A program made the position numbers and the translations under genes. Below, one piece after another: positions 55,988 to 63,168 of a stretch of DNA of 64,000 nt. Source of the stretch: Chloroflexota bacterium (GTDB lineage Bacteria > Chloroflexota > UBA6077 > FW602-bin22 > CADDYW01); assembly GCA_034429075.1 (NCBI GenBank), contig DAOUGO010000151.1, forward strand, positions 2,020 to 66,019, read 5' to 3'. How positions within the stretch are numbered: position 1 is the stretch's first letter; every line of letters begins with the position of its first letter. The notes under the pieces were generated by a model. The model was not told where the DNA came from, did no database searches, and saw nothing but the letters and a program-made list of their open reading frames with translations.

Positions 55988-57509
55988 GGTTCACCTCCTT
56001 GCCCGCGTCCGACAGCTCGCGCTCGGCCAGATCGATCGCGCTGAGGACCGCGCGGGCCTTGTTCAGGGTCTCCTGGTGCTCCTGATCCGGGTCCGAGTCG
56101 GCCACGATCCCACCTCCAGCCTGAACTGAGGCCACGCCGTCTCGGTAGACGCAGGTCCGGATGGTAATAGCCGTATCGAGGTTCCCCGAATAGCTGAAGT
56201 AGCCCACTGCCCCGGCATAGGGCCCACGTCGGTCGTTCTCCAGCTCGGCGATGATCTCCATCGCCCGAATCTTGGGAGCCCCGGAGACTGTTCCGGCCGG
56301 GAAACAGGCCTGGAGCGCATCGTATGCGCTCAGCTCAGGCCGGAGTTCCCCGGTCACGTGCGAGACGAGGTGCATAACGTGCGAATACCGCTCGACCTGC
56401 ATGAACTGGCTGACCCGGACTGTACCGGGCCGGCTCACCCGTCCAATGTCGTTCCGGCCGAGATCGACCAGCATGACGTGCTCAGCACGCTCCTTTTCAT
56501 CGCTGACGAGCTCCTGCTCCAGTGCCAGGTCTTCGGCAGGCGTCCGGCCGCGCCGGCGCGTGCCAGCGATCGGGTGGGTTGAGACGACGCCATCCTCAAC
56601 CCGCACCAGGAGCTCCGGCGAGGCCCCGATCAGCTGGAAGTCGCCGACATCGAGGTAGTACATATACGGCGAGGGGTTGACTGTGCGGAGCGCCCGGTAG
56701 ATCGAGAACGGATGGGCCAGTGTTCCGCGCGAAAACCGCTGGGATGGTACAACCTGGATGATCTCCCCCGCGTCGATATAGGTCTTCGCTATCCTGACCA
56801 TCTCCTGATACCGCCCGGGGGGCACGTTCCCATACAGGCCGCCGCCGAACGAGAAGCCAGAAGGCACGCCCGGCGCGGACCGCCGCGGGGTCACCTCAGA
56901 CGGGTCTGCCAGAGGATGCCCAAGACGAGATACGAGCGCCTCGATTCGCTCTACCGCCCGGTCGTACGCAGCGCCCGGATCACCGTCGAGATAGGCATTG
57001 CTAACAACGAGGATCTGGTGACGGAGGTGATCGAAGACAAGGAGCGTGTCCACAAAGAAAAAGACGGCCTCCGGCAATCCCAGCCCGGCACCCGCCGGGC
57101 ACGGCAGCCGCTCGAAATAGCGAGCGCACTCGTAGGACAGATAGCCGACCGCTCCCCCGACGAAACGGGGGAGCCCCGGTACCTCCACCGGCTTGAACCG
57201 TCCGAGCTCCTCCCGAACAACTGAGAGGGGATGATTGACGCGGATGCGCTCCACCGCACCGTCCCGCATCAGGATCGCTTCACCGTGATCGAACTCGGCG
57301 ATCAGATACGGCGAGGTCCCGAGGAAGGAGTAGCGCGCAAGGCGCTCTCCCCCCTCAACACTCTCCAGCAGGAAGCTCCCCTTTCCCCGGGCAGTCTTGA
57401 GATACGCCGACACAGGTGTCTCGAGGTCGGCCAGAATTGCGCGGTACACCGGCACCATGTTCCCAGGACCGCGATAGCTGACGACAAAGTCGCGCGTTGG
57501 CGTATACAT
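55968..57509 (-). CDS. trpE: Anthranilate synthase component I.
   Basis: [29 protein letters not shown], and [13 protein letters not shown] 57509 is preceded by AGGAGG. The 87-codon N-terminal extension in the ORF track runs through the T-box leader and is spurious. Confidence 0.95.
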   Translation of the reverse strand: MYTPTRDFVVSYRGPGNMVPVYRAILADLETPVSAYLKTARGKGSFLLESVEGGERLARYSFLGTSPYLIAEFDHGEAILMRDGAVERIRVNHPLSVVREELGRFKPVEVPGLPRFVGGAVGYLSYECARYFERLPCPAGAGLGLPEAVFFFVDTLLVFDHLRHQILVVSNAYLDGDPGAAYDRAVERIEALVSRLGHPLADPSEVTPRRSAPGVPSGFSFGGGLYGNVPPGRYQEMVRIAKTYIDAGEIIQVVPSQRFSRGTLAHPFSIYRALRTVNPSPYMYYLDVGDFQLIGASPELLVRVEDGVVSTHPIAGTRRRGRTPAEDLALEQELVSDEKERAEHVMLVDLGRNDIGRVSRPGTVRVSQFMQVERYSHVMHLVSHVTGELRPELSAYDALQACFPAGTVSGAPKIRAMEIIAELENDRRGPYAGAVGYFSYSGNLDTAITIRTCVYRDGVASVQAGGGIVADSDPDQEHQETLNKARAVLSAIDLAERELSDAGKEVNRAVTYR

Positions 57510-57536
57510 TCCACCCCCTCCTATCGCCGGGGCAAC

Positions 57537-57567
57537 AAAAAACCTCCGTCCCACCAGGGGACGGAGG
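57537..57567 (-). terminator. Intrinsic terminator (expression platform of the T-box leader).
   Basis: Minus strand CCUCCGUCCC-cuggu-GGGACGGAGG followed by UUUUUU. Its 5' arm overlaps the 3' part of the T-box antiterminator sequence. Confidence 0.85.
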
Positions 57568-57840
57568 TCCGTGGTGCCACCCCACTTGGCCGCAGCTGCG
57601 ACCCACTTTTTACGGATACAGGACTCCCTCCACAACTGCAGAGGGCTGGCCGATATCCGATTCCTTGTAACGGCGGAATCTCCGGTCGCACCTACTCGGG
57701 AAGTGTCCCTTACCCTTTCGGACGACGACTCCCGGGTCCATTCAGCGCCCGCGCAGGCATCGGCTCCCACCTACCCCGACTCTCTGGGCCTCGCCTGAGC
57801 GCCTACTCGTCCCGTTCACTGTCTGTACGCAATGAACTTG
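57537..57840 (-). promoter_or_regulatory. T-box riboswitch leader, tryptophan-specific (UGG specifier).
   Basis: On the minus strand I can read, in order:
- an AGTA-like box (GACGAGTAGG);
- the GA/K-turn motif AGAGAG;
- the specifier loop GCUGAA-UGG-A, with UGG at 57738-57740;
- the F-box CCGUUA (57668-57673);
- the T-box AAGUGGGGUGGCACCACGG (about 57569-57588);
- a terminator hairpin.
The UGGC in the T-box bulge would pair with a 3'-GCCA tRNA end. Confidence 0.85.
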
Positions 57841-57846
57841 CTCATC

Positions 57847-57874
57847 AGTATACGCGCCACAAAGCAGATGTCAA
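57847..57874 (-). promoter_or_regulatory. Near-consensus sigma-70 promoter of the trp operon.
   Basis: Minus strand TTGACA (57869-57874), a 16-nt spacer, then TATACT (57847-57852), 25 nt downstream of the moaD-moaE stop. Confidence 0.7.
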
Positions 57875-57899
57875 GTCTCTCCGCGCGGCGGCTGTTCAT

Positions 57900-58577
57900 C
57901 TATTCGACCCACGCTTCCCCGTCCGGACCGATCTCCTTTTTCCAGATCGGAGCCTCCTCCTTGAGACGGTCAATCGCGTAGCGGCACGCCTCGAACGCCT
58001 CGCGCCGGTGGGCACTGCCCACCGCGATGACGACACTCGGCTCCCCGACCGCCAGGCGTCCCACCCGGTGGGTGATCGCGACGCGCTCGATGCCCCAGCG
58101 GGCTTGGATCTCCGCGGCGATCTCGGCCATCTTGGCCTCGGCCATCTCGGGATACGCCTCGTATTCCAGGAAGCTGGTCGCCCGCCCACTCAAGGCGCGA
58201 TTCCGGACCACCCCGAAGAAAACGCAGATCGCCCCGTTTCCCGGATGTTCGACCCGGCGCACGACCTCAGCCGGATCAATAGGATGATCCACGACCTGAA
58301 AGGGTCGCTCGGGAGCGATGCGCGCCTCCGCTTCCCCGCCGGCGACCGGAGGGATCACGGCCACCTCATCGCCATCGCTCAACGGCGTCGTCGTGACCGC
58401 ATACTGACGGTTGATTGCGAAGCGCACGGCCTCGATGCCAGCCGCGAGGACTGGATAGCGGCGGGTAAGCTCAGCGGCCAGCGTAGCCACCGTCGCTCCT
58501 GTGGGAAGCTCCACCACAAGACGGTCGACACCGACTGCCTCGCGATGTCGGGCGAAGAGACGCACCAGGACTCGCAC
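57900..58577 (-). CDS. Fused molybdopterin synthase: MoaD (sulfur carrier) N-terminal domain plus MoaE (catalytic) C-terminal domain.
   Basis: Residues 1-82 end ..LSDGDEVAVIPPVAGG (ubiquitin-like MoaD with the terminal GG). They continue directly into a MoaE-like domain (..GAICVFFGVVRN..FLEYEAYPEMA..ITHRVGRLAVGEPSVVIAVGSAHRREAFEACRYAIDRLKEEAPIWKKE). GTG start. Confidence 0.9.
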   Translation of the reverse strand: MRVLVRLFARHREAVGVDRLVVELPTGATVATLAAELTRRYPVLAAGIEAVRFAINRQYAVTTTPLSDGDEVAVIPPVAGGEAEARIAPERPFQVVDHPIDPAEVVRRVEHPGNGAICVFFGVVRNRALSGRATSFLEYEAYPEMAEAKMAEIAAEIQARWGIERVAITHRVGRLAVGEPSVVIAVGSAHRREAFEACRYAIDRLKEEAPIWKKEIGPDGEAWVE

Positions 58578-58721
58578 GCTCGCTTCCCTCCACGAGTGGG
58601 TTAGAAGCCGCCTCGATCACCGGCCGCGCTGATCACTGCGGGAAAGCCAAGAACGCTGCCGCCCGCTCGCGCCTCCCCGGCACGGCACGGACATAAGGCC
58701 GCCACTCCATATTATTACACC

Positions 58722-59159
58722 TCAGTGCCCGGAAGGGATAACAAGCCGCTGGCCCTCAGCAATCCGGTTCGGGTCGGCCAGGTGATTCGCCTGGCTGATC
58801 GCATCGACCGTGACCTTGAAGCGCTGAGCGATCCCCTCGAGCGAGTCGCCAGCCTGGACGACGTAGACGACCGGCGTTGGCGTCGGGCTAGGAGACGGCG
58901 GATGGGCAGTGACCTGCGGCGTCACCGTCGCACCGAGCAGTGTGGAGGAAGGGGAAGGAACAGCGGTCGCGCCAACCGTCACCGACGGTACCGGCGTGAA
59001 GGTGACGGCGGGAGCAACTGTCGGGGTCGGGACGACCCGAACAGGCGAGGCAGTGCGGAACGGGCGATCCCAGCCCAGTCGCGAGATCAGACCGATCCCT
59101 CCATATCCGATCAAGAGAGCTGCAATGATGCTCACAAGATCAATCAGACGGCTACGCAT
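58722..59159 (-). CDS. Membrane-anchored LysM-domain protein.
   Basis: N-terminal TM helix (LVSIIAALLIGYGGIGLI), a Pro/Thr/Val-rich linker, and the C-terminal LysM domain VYVVQAGDSLEGIAQRFKVTVDAISQANHLADPNRIAEGQRLVIP. ATG 59159 is preferred over the ORF-track start at 59357. Confidence 0.75.
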   Translation of the reverse strand: MRSRLIDLVSIIAALLIGYGGIGLISRLGWDRPFRTASPVRVVPTPTVAPAVTFTPVPSVTVGATAVPSPSSTLLGATVTPQVTAHPPSPSPTPTPVVYVVQAGDSLEGIAQRFKVTVDAISQANHLADPNRIAEGQRLVIPSGH

Positions 59160-59328
59160 GGCCCTAGAAGAACCTACCCGCCCGGCCGGGAGATGACGGC
59201 GCCTCCCCTTCTGCGGACCACCCTGCGTCTCCAGAAGCGAGCAGCCTGGCAGGTGTGATACCGGCCGCGCAATGCTGCGGATGCTCGCTATTGTACATTG
59301 AGGGCAGGCATCACGATAGATCCAGCCG

Positions 59329-59358
59329 TTGACGGCAGACCAGCCAGGCGCGTACAAT
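59329..59358 (+). promoter_or_regulatory. Sigma-70-type promoter for the small membrane protein gene.
   Basis: TTGACG (59329-59334), an 18-nt spacer, then TACAAT (59353-59358), followed by AGGAGG (59366-59371) and GTG 59383. Confidence 0.5.
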
Positions 59359-59382
59359 GATACTCAGGAGGCGACGGGCGAG

Positions 59383-59796
59383 GTGCCAGAGAAGTACGAA
59401 CGGGAAATCGAAGAGATCCTCCGTAAGGCATCATTCTCGGCACCGAGAGGATATTCTCGCTCCTCGGGCTGGATGAGCCACCTCGCTTCGGCGTGGCGGC
59501 GCTATACCGCTGATCTCTCGCCTACTCGCTTGCTGGTCCTCGGAATGATCGTCGCGTTCGCGGGGTATCTGGTTCGTGCGATCATTCCTCAACTGGGTTT
59601 TCTGACGAGCCTGCTGGCGCTGGTCCTGCTCGTGACAGGCCTGGCCCTATCCATAAGCCGGCGGAACTCCTATCGGCCCCGGAGCTGGAGAGGACAGGCA
59701 TTCGACCTCCCCAGGAATGACCTCTGGTCAGAGCTGAAGAGGTGGTGGGATAACTGGCGTCATCGCCGGCCCTTCAACGGCCCCGGCTGGCGCTGA
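59383..59796 (+). CDS. Hypothetical small membrane protein (two predicted TM helices, Arg/Trp-rich C-terminus).
   Basis: VPEKYEREIEEILRKA.. then LLVLGMIVAFAGYLVRAII and LTSLLALVLLVTGLALSI. The ORF-track TTG start at 59329 coincides with the -35 box, so GTG 59383 is preferred. Confidence 0.55.
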   Translation: MPEKYEREIEEILRKASFSAPRGYSRSSGWMSHLASAWRRYTADLSPTRLLVLGMIVAFAGYLVRAIIPQLGFLTSLLALVLLVTGLALSISRRNSYRPRSWRGQAFDLPRNDLWSELKRWWDNWRHRRPFNGPGWR

Positions 59797-59905
59797 GCCA
59801 GGCTCGCACCGCTGGCAAGCGGCGAGAAGCCTCGCCAGGTGACCGGTCCTCTAGCACCGCGGACACGCCTCTCGCCCGTTCCGATATCGGGGATAGGGGT
59901 AGGCC

Positions 59906-60268
59906 GTGCCCAAGAAGCGCCTCAGCAAGAGCAGTCTCCTCTGGTTCATCCGGAGCCGGTCGTACGTCAGCATCCCCGATATTCGACGCCGCTTTAATCT
60001 GACGGCCGGTGATGACGTCACGGTGATGGTCGTGCCAGATGGCCGCGTGTACGTGGGACTGCCATCTGAGGCCGCGCGGGTGCTGGCCGATCTCGTGCGC
60101 GAGGGACGCGTTGGACTGGAGCTGGCACCGGGGATCCTGGCCAAGGCAGTCACCGGGGTCTATATCATCCCCGGACGCCATGAGCGGGCTGTTCCTTCAT
60201 CAAACGCCCCGGCCGCCGAGGATGAACACGAACAGGCCCCACCAGACGAGTCCGCGGCCGCGTCGTAG
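59906..60268 (+). CDS. Hypothetical protein (120 aa) with an acidic/Ala-rich tail.
   Basis: GTG start. GC3 is high in this frame. PKKRLSKSSLLWFIRSRSYVSIPDIRRRFNLTAGDDVTVMVVPDGRVYVGLP.. I recognise no family. The antisense ORFs here are Arg/Pro-rich shadows. Confidence 0.5.
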   Translation: MPKKRLSKSSLLWFIRSRSYVSIPDIRRRFNLTAGDDVTVMVVPDGRVYVGLPSEAARVLADLVREGRVGLELAPGILAKAVTGVYIIPGRHERAVPSSNAPAAEDEHEQAPPDESAAAS

Positions 60269-60276
60269 AAGGCAGA

Positions 60277-60840
60277 TTAGCTTGTGCTGGTTTTCGGGGC
60301 GGATCCCGCAGATGTCGAAGTGGCCGCCTTTCCCGGCGCCGCCGTCAGGATCATCGACATCGTCCGTCCCTCGACGACGGGTGGTCGCTCGACCACGGCT
60401 ACTCCCTGCAACTTCGCCAGCACCGAGTCGAGAACCTGTCGTCCCAACTGGGGATGGGCCATCTGCCGTCCCCGAAAGCGAACGGTGACCTTGACCTTGT
60501 CGCCTTCCTCGAGGAACCGCTGGATCGCCTTGCTCTTGAAGATCAGATCGTGCTCGTCAGTCGAGGGGCCCATGCGCACCTCTTTAAGAAGGGCAACCTT
60601 CTGGTTGCGCCGGGCATCACGCTCCTTCTTCTCCTGCTCGAACTTGTATCGGCCGTAATCGAGAAGGCGACAAACCGGGGGAACAGCGGTCGGGGCAACC
60701 TCGACCAGATCAAGGTTATGCTCCTGGGCAAGCCTCAGGGCCTCGTAAAGGGGGAGAACACCGAATTGCTCGCCGTTTTCGCCGATGACTCGGACCTCGC
60801 GGGCGCGAATGCGTTCGTTAACGCGCAGATCTCTGCTAAT
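60277..60840 (-). CDS. infC: Translation initiation factor IF-3, with a non-canonical ATT start codon.
   Basis: The ORF track only reports the C-terminal domain from an internal Met. The frame is open upstream and reads ISRDLRVNERIRAREVRVIGENGEQFGVLPLYEALRLAQEHNLDLVEV..YGRYKFEQEKKERDARRNQ.., the canonical IF-3 N-domain. The first sense codon compatible with the RBS GGAGAGGTGG is ATT at 60838-60840. Confidence 0.9.
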   Translation of the reverse strand: MSRDLRVNERIRAREVRVIGENGEQFGVLPLYEALRLAQEHNLDLVEVAPTAVPPVCRLLDYGRYKFEQEKKERDARRNQKVALLKEVRMGPSTDEHDLIFKSKAIQRFLEEGDKVKVTVRFRGRQMAHPQLGRQVLDSVLAKLQGVAVVERPPVVEGRTMSMILTAAPGKAATSTSAGSAPKTSTS

Positions 60841-60943
60841 AGGTATCCACCTCTCCGTGGTCTACGTGAATCCACCCCTGATCGGGGCCAGATGCAAGCA
60901 CGGCGTCTGACCGAGCGAACCGCCGTTCAGACGCCCACAATGG

Positions 60944-60973
60944 AATATACCATGTATCCACACGGCCGGTCAA
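60944..60973 (-). promoter_or_regulatory. Putative promoter of infC.
   Basis: Minus strand TTGACC (60968-60973), an 18-nt spacer ending in TGG, then TATATT (60944-60949). The ~95-nt leader contains a 9-bp hairpin GGCGUCUGA..UCAGACGCC (60901-60934). Confidence 0.45.
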
Positions 60974-61046
60974 CGGTCGCACGAGCGCTTCAGCTGTGAT
61001 CAGCGAGACACGGCGGCCTATCCACCAGACGCCCGGGCGCCTGACC

Positions 61047-61074
61047 TTGACACAGCGCGGTTCTGGCGTAGAAT
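61047..61074 (+). promoter_or_regulatory. Near-consensus sigma-70 promoter for the Gfo/Idh/MocA - methyltransferase operon.
   Basis: TTGACA (61047-61052), a 16-nt spacer, then TAGAAT (61069-61074). Confidence 0.6.
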
Positions 61075-61172
61075 TTCGAGGCGCTACTCGCTGCATGCGC
61101 GGGCCACCGGCGCGTTCGTCTAGCATAATGACCACAGGCTTGGTAACAATCGTCGGGTAAGGGGGCGTGTCC

Positions 61173-62375
61173 ATGTCGGATCAGGTTGGCTTCGTGACGA
61201 TGGGTGAGGCCAAAGGGCCATCTGGTGATATCCCTACGATCGGCGTCGGCATGCTCGGTTACGCATTCATGGGCAAGGCCCACGCCAACGCGTACAAGAA
61301 GCTCCCATACATCTTCTGGCCGCCCGCGGCTATTCCTCGCCTCGTTACCATCGCCGGCCGGTCGGAGCAGGCCGTGGCCGAGGCCGCGCGCCGTTACGGC
61401 TTCGCGCGCTACACGACCGACTGGCGGCAGGTTGTCTCCGATCCAGAGGTCCAGATCTTCGACAACGGCGGCCCGAACAACATGCACGCCGAGCCCTGCA
61501 TCGCCGCCGCTGAAGCCGGCAAGCACATTATCTGTGAGAAACCGCTCGGCCGCACCGCCGCGGAAGCGAAGCAGATGCTCGAGGCCGTCCGCAAGGCGGG
61601 CGTCAAGCACGCCTGTGCTTTCAATTACCGCTTCGTCCCGGCCATTCGGCAGGCACGCCAGCTGATCGAGCAAGGAGCGCTCGGCCGGATCTACCATTTC
61701 CGCGCCCGGTACCTGCAGGAATGGATTGCCGATCCGCAGTTCCCCATGGTCTGGCGACTCCAGAAGAGCGTGGCCGGATCGGGCGCGCTCGGCGACCTCG
61801 GTGCCCACATCATCGATCTGGCCCGCTTCCTGGTCGGCGAGCCGCGGTCGGTGAACGGCCTCACCGCGACGTTCATCAAGGAACGTCCGCTAGGGGATGG
61901 CTCGGGCCGGACCGGGACGGTTGACGTCGACGATGCCTTCGTCGCTCTGGTCGAGTTCGAAAACGGTGCTCTGGGAACGCTCGAGGCCACGCGCTTTGCC
62001 CTCGGGCGCAAGAATCTCAACACCTTCGAGATCAACGGCTCGCGCGGTAGCATTAGCTTCAACCTGGAACGGCTGAACGAGCTGGAGGTCTACCTCGCTG
62101 ACGTCGGCCCGCGTGAAGCGCGGGGGTTCAGCGATGTCCTGGTGACTGAATCGTATCATCCGTTCTATGCGAACTGGTGGCCCCACGGCCACATCATCGG
62201 GTGGGAGCACACGTTTGTTCACGAGCTCAATCACCTCATCGAGGCGATTGTTCAGAACAAGCCTGTCGAACCCTACGGAGCGACCTTCGAGGATGGCTAT
62301 CGGTGCGCGGTGATCTGTGACGCGATCCTCCAGTCTGCCGCGAACGGAGGAGCGCCGGTTCCGATCCGCTACTGA
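61173..62375 (+). CDS. Gfo/Idh/MocA-family NAD(P)-dependent oxidoreductase.
   Basis: Rossmann motif [19 protein letters not shown] and the signature [12 protein letters not shown] 61173 lies 7 nt after AAGGGGG. Confidence 0.9.
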   Translation: MSDQVGFVTMGEAKGPSGDIPTIGVGMLGYAFMGKAHANAYKKLPYIFWPPAAIPRLVTIAGRSEQAVAEAARRYGFARYTTDWRQVVSDPEVQIFDNGGPNNMHAEPCIAAAEAGKHIICEKPLGRTAAEAKQMLEAVRKAGVKHACAFNYRFVPAIRQARQLIEQGALGRIYHFRARYLQEWIADPQFPMVWRLQKSVAGSGALGDLGAHIIDLARFLVGEPRSVNGLTATFIKERPLGDGSGRTGTVDVDDAFVALVEFENGALGTLEATRFALGRKNLNTFEINGSRGSISFNLERLNELEVYLADVGPREARGFSDVLVTESYHPFYANWWPHGHIIGWEHTFVHELNHLIEAIVQNKPVEPYGATFEDGYRCAVICDAILQSAANGGAPVPIRY

Positions 62376-63168
62376 GCCTGCTCTGGAATCGGCCAGCGCC
62401 TTCGATCGGTTCGCGCGCTTCTACGACCTCGACACGGAGAACGTCGAAGACGACATCCCGCTCTGGACTGCACTGGCCCGCCGGACCGGCGGGCCAGTGC
62501 TCGAGCTGGCCTGCGGAACCGGGCGTGTGCTCCTTCCCCTGGCACGCGCTGGTCTTGCGGTCGTCGGGGTAGACGTATCCGCGGCGATGCTGGCCGTCGC
62601 CCGGGCAAAAGTCCAGGCCGCCAGCGTCCAGTCGCGGGTCGAGCTCATTCAAGCTGATGTGCTTGAGCTGGCTCTTGATCGCCGCTTTCCACTGGTGATT
62701 ATCGCCCTCGATTCCTTCGGTCACTTCGTGGATGACGATGCCCCTCGGCGAGCGCTCGAACGGGTCCGCCAGCACTTGCTCCCTGACGGCATCCTTGCCC
62801 TCGACCTCACGAACCCGGTTCCCGGGGCCTTCGGGGATACGACCGGCCTGATTTTCCACGATTACACCCGACCGGGGCCAGATCCAGGCTGGAGTACAAC
62901 CAAGCTCCGCAGCCAGCGGCAGGATTTTGTCTCCCAGTGCATCACGGTCCAGTGCATCTATGATGAGCTGGGCCCCGAGGGGCAGATTCGCCGAACAATC
63001 CTGCCTTTTATCCTCCGCTACTTTCACCCGCGCGAGATCGAACTCCTGCTTCAGCTGACCGGTTTCGAGATCGAGGGGCTCTACGGCAGCTATGAGCTGG
63101 ATCCCCTGACCAATGAGAGCGAACGGCTGGTGGTCGTTGCCCGAGCGCGGCCGGAGGAGGCGCAATGA
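62317..63168 (+). CDS. Class I SAM-dependent methyltransferase.
   Basis: Motif [17 protein letters not shown], followed by [11 protein letters not shown] and LVIIALDSF. The GTG 62317 start overlaps the upstream gene by 59 nt, so the start is uncertain. Confidence 0.85.
   Translation: MTRSSSLPRTEERRFRSATEPALESASAFDRFARFYDLDTENVEDDIPLWTALARRTGGPVLELACGTGRVLLPLARAGLAVVGVDVSAAMLAVARAKVQAASVQSRVELIQADVLELALDRRFPLVIIALDSFGHFVDDDAPRRALERVRQHLLPDGILALDLTNPVPGAFGDTTGLIFHDYTRPGPDPGWSTTKLRSQRQDFVSQCITVQCIYDELGPEGQIRRTILPFILRYFHPREIELLLQLTGFEIEGLYGSYELDPLTNESERLVVVARARPEEAQ

Noticed and set aside
57510-57770. The N-terminal 87 codons of the 600-aa trpE ORF.
   Set aside because: This stretch is the T-box leader RNA (specifier, F-box, T-box and terminator are all readable). 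trpE homology and a strong AGGAGG RBS begin at ATG 57509.
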